Assembly: GCA_038137135.1 (NCBI GenBank)
Contig: JAYQBD010000001.1
Coordinates: forward strand, 1,932 to 48,989
Length of the DNA: 47,058 nt
Source: Oceanospirillaceae bacterium
Lineage (GTDB): Bacteria > Pseudomonadota > Gammaproteobacteria > Pseudomonadales > Balneatricaceae
Direction of reading: 5' to 3'
Part shown: piece by piece, positions 43,038-47,058 of the stretch
Position numbering within the stretch: position 1 is the first letter of the stretch
Layout: each line of letters opens with the position of its first letter
The notes under the pieces: model-generated
The model's input: only the letters and a program-made list of their open reading frames with translations
Told to the model about the DNA's origin: nothing
Database searches by the model: none
Position numbers and translations under genes: made by a program

Positions 43038-43717
43038 TGTTCGTCCTTTTTCTTCCAGCTACCTTCACGCAGATAGACAGGCTGTGCCTCTTCTGGCGCA
43101 AGCGCGCGGCCCGCATTGAACTCTCTCTCGGCCAGTTGCACCATGATCCTTGCAACCGGGTAAATCTCGGGTAGGCAGCGTACTACACTCGCCTCTATTT
43201 TCGACGAGTTTGCCAGATAAACAGCACCGCTACCGGCCAGTGTCCAATTACCCTCAACAGCGAGCGCTACATCAGCCGGCGCGCTAACCCGCTCTTCGTG
43301 CAACGGTTTGAGATCGCCATCAACCAGCTGATAACAGCACCAGTAGACCTCGTCCATCCGAGCATCTAGTGCTGCGAGGATATACTCAGCGCCCGGAGCC
43401 TCCTCCAGCGCGCGCCATGCCATCGTTTCGAGGGTGGAAACACCCACAACCGGCGTTTCATAGGCCAGGGCCAACCCCTGTGCAGCTCCAGTAGCAATTC
43501 GTATGCCAGCAAATGAGCCCGGACCTCGACCAAAAGCAACAAGATCAAGATCCTTCACACGCAGTTGTGCTTCGGCCAGCACAGCCTCAACCATTGGCAG
43601 CAGTAGGTGCGTATGTTGGCGTGGCGCAATTTCAAAGCGATCAAACTTACCGGCATCGCAATGTAGTGCAACAGAGCACGCGTCAGTTGCTGTATCTAGC
43701 GCGATAATCTGCGCCAT
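43034..43717 (-). CDS. tsaB: t6A biosynthesis protein TsaB (YeaZ)
   Basis: ALDTAT, GRGPGSFAGIRI, DARMDEVY and PVYLR. Confidence 0.95.
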   Translation of the reverse strand: MAQIIALDTATDACSVALHCDAGKFDRFEIAPRQHTHLLLPMVEAVLAEAQLRVKDLDLVAFGRGPGSFAGIRIATGAAQGLALAYETPVVGVSTLETMAWRALEEAPGAEYILAALDARMDEVYWCCYQLVDGDLKPLHEERVSAPADVALAVEGNWTLAGSGAVYLANSSKIEASVVRCLPEIYPVARIMVQLAEREFNAGRALAPEEAQPVYLREGSWKKKDEQ

Positions 43718-43752
43718 ATCTGTCTCCTCAATCTAATCAATTGATAGCTACC

Positions 43753-44370
43753 TTAGAGCAGCTTGTTACCCCAGGCGGGCATCAGATCTTGCTGCAGATC
43801 GAGCTGAGAGAGTATGCGCGCAACGATAAAGTCGACCATATCGTTGACGCTCTCAGGTTTATGATAGAACCCCGGAGATGCCGGTACCACGACGGCACCC
43901 ATACGCGTTAGCTTTAACATGTGCTCGAGATGTATCTCGGAGTATGGCGCTTCACGAGGCACCAGTATCAACTTGCGACGCTCCTTGAGTGTCACGTCAG
44001 CCGCACGCTCGATAAGATTATTACTGGCCCCAGTGGCTACCGCCGACAAGGTTCCTGTGCTGCAGGGGCAAATAACCATCGAACTCGGCGCACCAGAGCC
44101 TGAAGCGACCGGAGCGAACCAATTCTCGCGGCCAAAGACGCGAATCTGCCCCTCAGCTGCACCGTAAAACCCGGTCAGAAACGACTCTTGAGCTTCAGGG
44201 GTTCCCGGCAACTTAATCTCCGTCTCAGCAGCGGTAACAACCTGAGCAGCTTTGCTAATCATAACCAGCACCTGCACCTTTTGAGCGACAAGGCACTCGA
44301 GTAGGCGCAATGCATACTGCACACCAGATGCGCCGGTTATCGCTAGACTAACTCTACGCGGACTATCCAT
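43753..44370 (-). CDS. ubiX: Flavin prenyltransferase
   Basis: ITGASG, ASGS, PCSTGTL, ERAADV.LKERR and PASPGFY. Confidence 0.95.
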   Translation of the reverse strand: MDSPRRVSLAITGASGVQYALRLLECLVAQKVQVLVMISKAAQVVTAAETEIKLPGTPEAQESFLTGFYGAAEGQIRVFGRENWFAPVASGSGAPSSMVICPCSTGTLSAVATGASNNLIERAADVTLKERRKLILVPREAPYSEIHLEHMLKLTRMGAVVVPASPGFYHKPESVNDMVDFIVARILSQLDLQQDLMPAWGNKLL

Positions 44371-45732
44371 CTATTTACGCTCCCTTAGCGCCTCTATTAG
44401 GCGTTCATGTATACCACCAAAGCCGCCATTGGACATCACGACCAGTTCAGTTCCCGAAGTCGTGGCTGCGACAACCTGTTCAATCATCGCGTCAAAATCG
44501 CCAAACACCTGTTGGTTCGATGCGGCAGCTACTGCTTCATCCAGCGACCAGCCCTGCTCTGCGGGTTGATACCAAAAAACCTGATCTGCAGCTTTAGAAG
44601 AATTAGCTAACTGGTCGCTAAACACGCCCTGTTTCATCGTATTTGAGCGGGGTTCAATCACCGCGACAATCCTCGCATCGGGCTTAACTCTTCTGAGCCC
44701 CTCAAGCGTGGTCGCTATGGCGGTCGGATGATGAGCAAAGTCATCATAGAGTGCGACGCCATTAATCGCCTCACGCAACTCCATTCGGCGTTTTACTGAG
44801 CGGAACTGACTCAGCGCCTCAGCTGCGGCCTCCAGTGTTACCCCCACATGGCGGGCCGCTAGGGCAGCGTGTAGCGCGTTTACTTGATTGTGTGTACCAC
44901 TCAGCGTCCAGCTCACTCGCGCACGCTCGCCGTGCTGCAAACAGAGCGTGAACTGTTGCGGGTTCTCTTCGCTAACCTCTATCCAGGCGTCTGCCTCAGG
45001 CGTTTCGCCAGTCTGAAGCAAATCTGACCAACGGCCCTGCTCAAGAACCCTGTTTAACGCCTCGTTCTCTCTGGGCGAGATAATCTGCCCCTCACCGGGA
45101 ACAATGCGCACCAGATGGTGGAACTGGCGTTCAATCGCGTACAGATTGTCGAAGATATCAGCATGGTCGAACTCTAGGTTGTTCATAACCAGAGTGCGCG
45201 GCGAATAGTGAATAAATTTAGAGCGCTTATCGAAAAATGCGGTGTCGTACTCGTCCGCCTCGATAACGAAAAAGTCTGTCTCGCCCACGCGCGCGGAGCG
45301 CTCGAAATTGAGCGGGACACCACCGATGAGGTAGCCTGGTTTCATGCCGGCATACTCGAGTATCCAAGCCAGCATACTAGCCGTTGTGGTCTTTCCGTGG
45401 GTGCCGGCAACAGCCAACACCCAGCGATCAGCCAACAGATGATCGTGCAACCATTGTGGACCAGAGCAGTAGTGCAGCCCTCGATTAAGAACCGCTTCCA
45501 CGCAGGGATTACCTCGCGACATCGCATTACCGATGACTACCAAGTCAGGTGTGGGGTCGAGCTGCGCCGGATCATAACCCTGAATTAGCTCGATACCAGC
45601 CTGCTCCAGCTGCGTGCTCATCGGTGGGTAAACGTTTTGATCTGAACCGGTCACTCTGTGGCCGAGCTCGCGCGCCAGCAGTGCCAGGGACCCCATAAAG
45701 GTGCCGCAGATACCCAAGATGTGCAGGTGCAT
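44371..45732 (-). CDS. mpl: Murein peptide ligase
   Basis: HILGICGTFMG, AGTHGKTT, EADEYDTAFFDKRSKF, DDFAHHPT and MSNGGFGG. Start set at ATG 45732. Confidence 0.96.
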   Translation of the reverse strand: MHLHILGICGTFMGSLALLARELGHRVTGSDQNVYPPMSTQLEQAGIELIQGYDPAQLDPTPDLVVIGNAMSRGNPCVEAVLNRGLHYCSGPQWLHDHLLADRWVLAVAGTHGKTTTASMLAWILEYAGMKPGYLIGGVPLNFERSARVGETDFFVIEADEYDTAFFDKRSKFIHYSPRTLVMNNLEFDHADIFDNLYAIERQFHHLVRIVPGEGQIISPRENEALNRVLEQGRWSDLLQTGETPEADAWIEVSEENPQQFTLCLQHGERARVSWTLSGTHNQVNALHAALAARHVGVTLEAAAEALSQFRSVKRRMELREAINGVALYDDFAHHPTAIATTLEGLRRVKPDARIVAVIEPRSNTMKQGVFSDQLANSSKAADQVFWYQPAEQGWSLDEAVAAASNQQVFGDFDAMIEQVVAATTSGTELVVMSNGGFGGIHERLIEALRERK

Positions 45733-45882
45733 CAAGGCAGACTCCGTAAACTGAAGGGAAAAAGGCCGAATATCTAAGACCTTAGCCGAAAAAACGGCTA
45801 TGCCGCGGTGCAATAGACTAACAACTCCCCTATAATTTGCATCCTATTTTTCCCTCCAAAAAACACCGAGGCCAACCAACCG

Positions 45883-46863
45883 ATGCAGTTACTTAGCTCT
45901 TTTCTAAAGCACAATAAAACTGACCAGGATCTGGTTGAAGTCATTGAAGTACTGATGATCGCCTGCAAAGAGGTAGCACTGCAGCTGCGTGAGGGAGCCT
46001 TGGCCGGCGTCTTGGGCACCAGCACACTGACCAACGTACAGGGCGAGACCCAAAAGAAGCTCGACATCGTCTCCAACGACATTATCAAAAAGGTCCTGTT
46101 GGATAACCGTTTGGTACGTGGCGTCGCATCAGAGGAGGAGGATAAGCCTGTCTGGGGCGATCGAGATGGTCGCTACTTAATTACCTTCGATCCGCTCGAT
46201 GGCTCATCTAATATCGATATCAATGTATCGGTAGGTACAATTTTTTCTATTCTCGAGGCACCTAAGCCCTGGGCGAAACAGGATGAAGCTGAATTCCTGC
46301 AGGCGGGTCGCCGTCAGGTCGCGGCGGGCTACGTACTCTACGGCCCATCTGCTGTATTGGCGCTGACCACAGGCAAAGGCGTAAACATGTTCACGCTGGC
46401 CCACACCGGTGACTTCATTCTCACCGAAGAGAACGTCAAAGTACCCGAAGAGACTGCTGAGTTCGCCATCAATATGAGCAACCAGCGTTTTTGGGAGCCA
46501 GCAATGCAGTCATACATTAGTGATCTGATCCAGGGTGAAGCGGGTCCGCGCGAGAAGAACTACAACATGCGTTGGATCGCATCGATGGTGGCTGAAATCC
46601 ATCGCCTGCTGACACGCGGTGGTATCTTTACTTACCCATGGGACTCACGCGATCCGAAGAAACCAGGTAAATTGCGCCTGATGTACGAAGGCAATCCAAT
46701 GGGGATGCTAATAGAACAGGCGGGCGGTGGAGCCACGACCTGTTACGAAGAGATTCTCGATATCGAACCGGACGACATTCACCAGCGTGTCTCTGTCGCC
46801 ATGGGCTCGAAGAAAGAGATCGAAACGTTGAAAGCTTACCATCGCACCCAGACAAAGAACTGA
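45883..46863 (+). CDS. fbp: Class 1 fructose-1,6-bisphosphatase
   Basis: NVQGETQKKLD, ASEE, FDPLDGSSNID and GKLRLMYE. Confidence 0.96.
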   Translation: MQLLSSFLKHNKTDQDLVEVIEVLMIACKEVALQLREGALAGVLGTSTLTNVQGETQKKLDIVSNDIIKKVLLDNRLVRGVASEEEDKPVWGDRDGRYLITFDPLDGSSNIDINVSVGTIFSILEAPKPWAKQDEAEFLQAGRRQVAAGYVLYGPSAVLALTTGKGVNMFTLAHTGDFILTEENVKVPEETAEFAINMSNQRFWEPAMQSYISDLIQGEAGPREKNYNMRWIASMVAEIHRLLTRGGIFTYPWDSRDPKKPGKLRLMYEGNPMGMLIEQAGGGATTCYEEILDIEPDDIHQRVSVAMGSKKEIETLKAYHRTQTKN

Positions 46864-46924
46864 CTATAATCGCGGCCACGAACTAATGGCCAAACAGCTT
46901 ACACTTAACTGATAGGAAGCAAGC

Positions 46925-47058
46925 ATGAGCTTTGAAAAAGTACCTGCGGGCAAAGATCTGCCCAACGATATCTATGTAATCATCGAGATCCCAGCTGAGA
47001 GCTCGCCAGTAAAATACGAGATCGACAAAGATGCAGACGCAATCTTCGTTGACCGTTT
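46925..47058 (+). CDS. ppa: Inorganic pyrophosphatase (partial, runs off the right edge)
   Basis: Manual translation [44 protein letters not shown] matches the family I PPase N-terminus. Confidence 0.93.
   Translation, partial: MSFEKVPAGKDLPNDIYVIIEIPAESSPVKYEIDKDADAIFVDR

Overview
A 47 kb stretch of gammaproteobacterial core chromosome. Gene order resembles the Pseudomonadales/Oceanospirillales murA-rpoN-mreB-gatCAB region (inferred from synteny; a marine Oceanospirillaceae-like host is plausible but not proven). Left to right: partial HDOD protein, BtuF-like binding protein, yhcB/zapG, Nif3, DegS/AlgW protease, hisD-hisG-murA-ibaG, mlaBCDEF, kdsD-kdsC-lptCAB-rpoN-hpf-ptsN-rapZ-npr-mgtE-yjgA, nit1-yhdP-rng-maf-mreDCB and gatCAB. 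A more variable block follows: TauE transporter, FAD-linked D-2-hydroxyacid dehydrogenase-like enzyme, DMT permease, hrpB, a 53-aa Cys-rich ORF missed by the ORF track, lhgO, DUF3108 protein, membrane-anchored cold-shock-domain protein and slyX. The window ends with rsmJ-uppP-tsaB-ubiX-mpl, fbp and the start of ppa. I saw no rRNA, tRNA, CRISPR array, transposase or prophage genes. The most unusual signals are non-coding. (1) Three hairpins repeat at an exact 22-nt period, with a compensatory base-pair change, in the probable slyX leader and divergent from a membrane-tethered cold-shock RNA-binding protein. (2) Three copies of a GGGGTC(T/A)GACCCC palindrome-derived element surround the start of the DUF3108 gene and lie partly within its signal-peptide codons. 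tldD, pmbA and hisC are absent from their usual syntenic positions.
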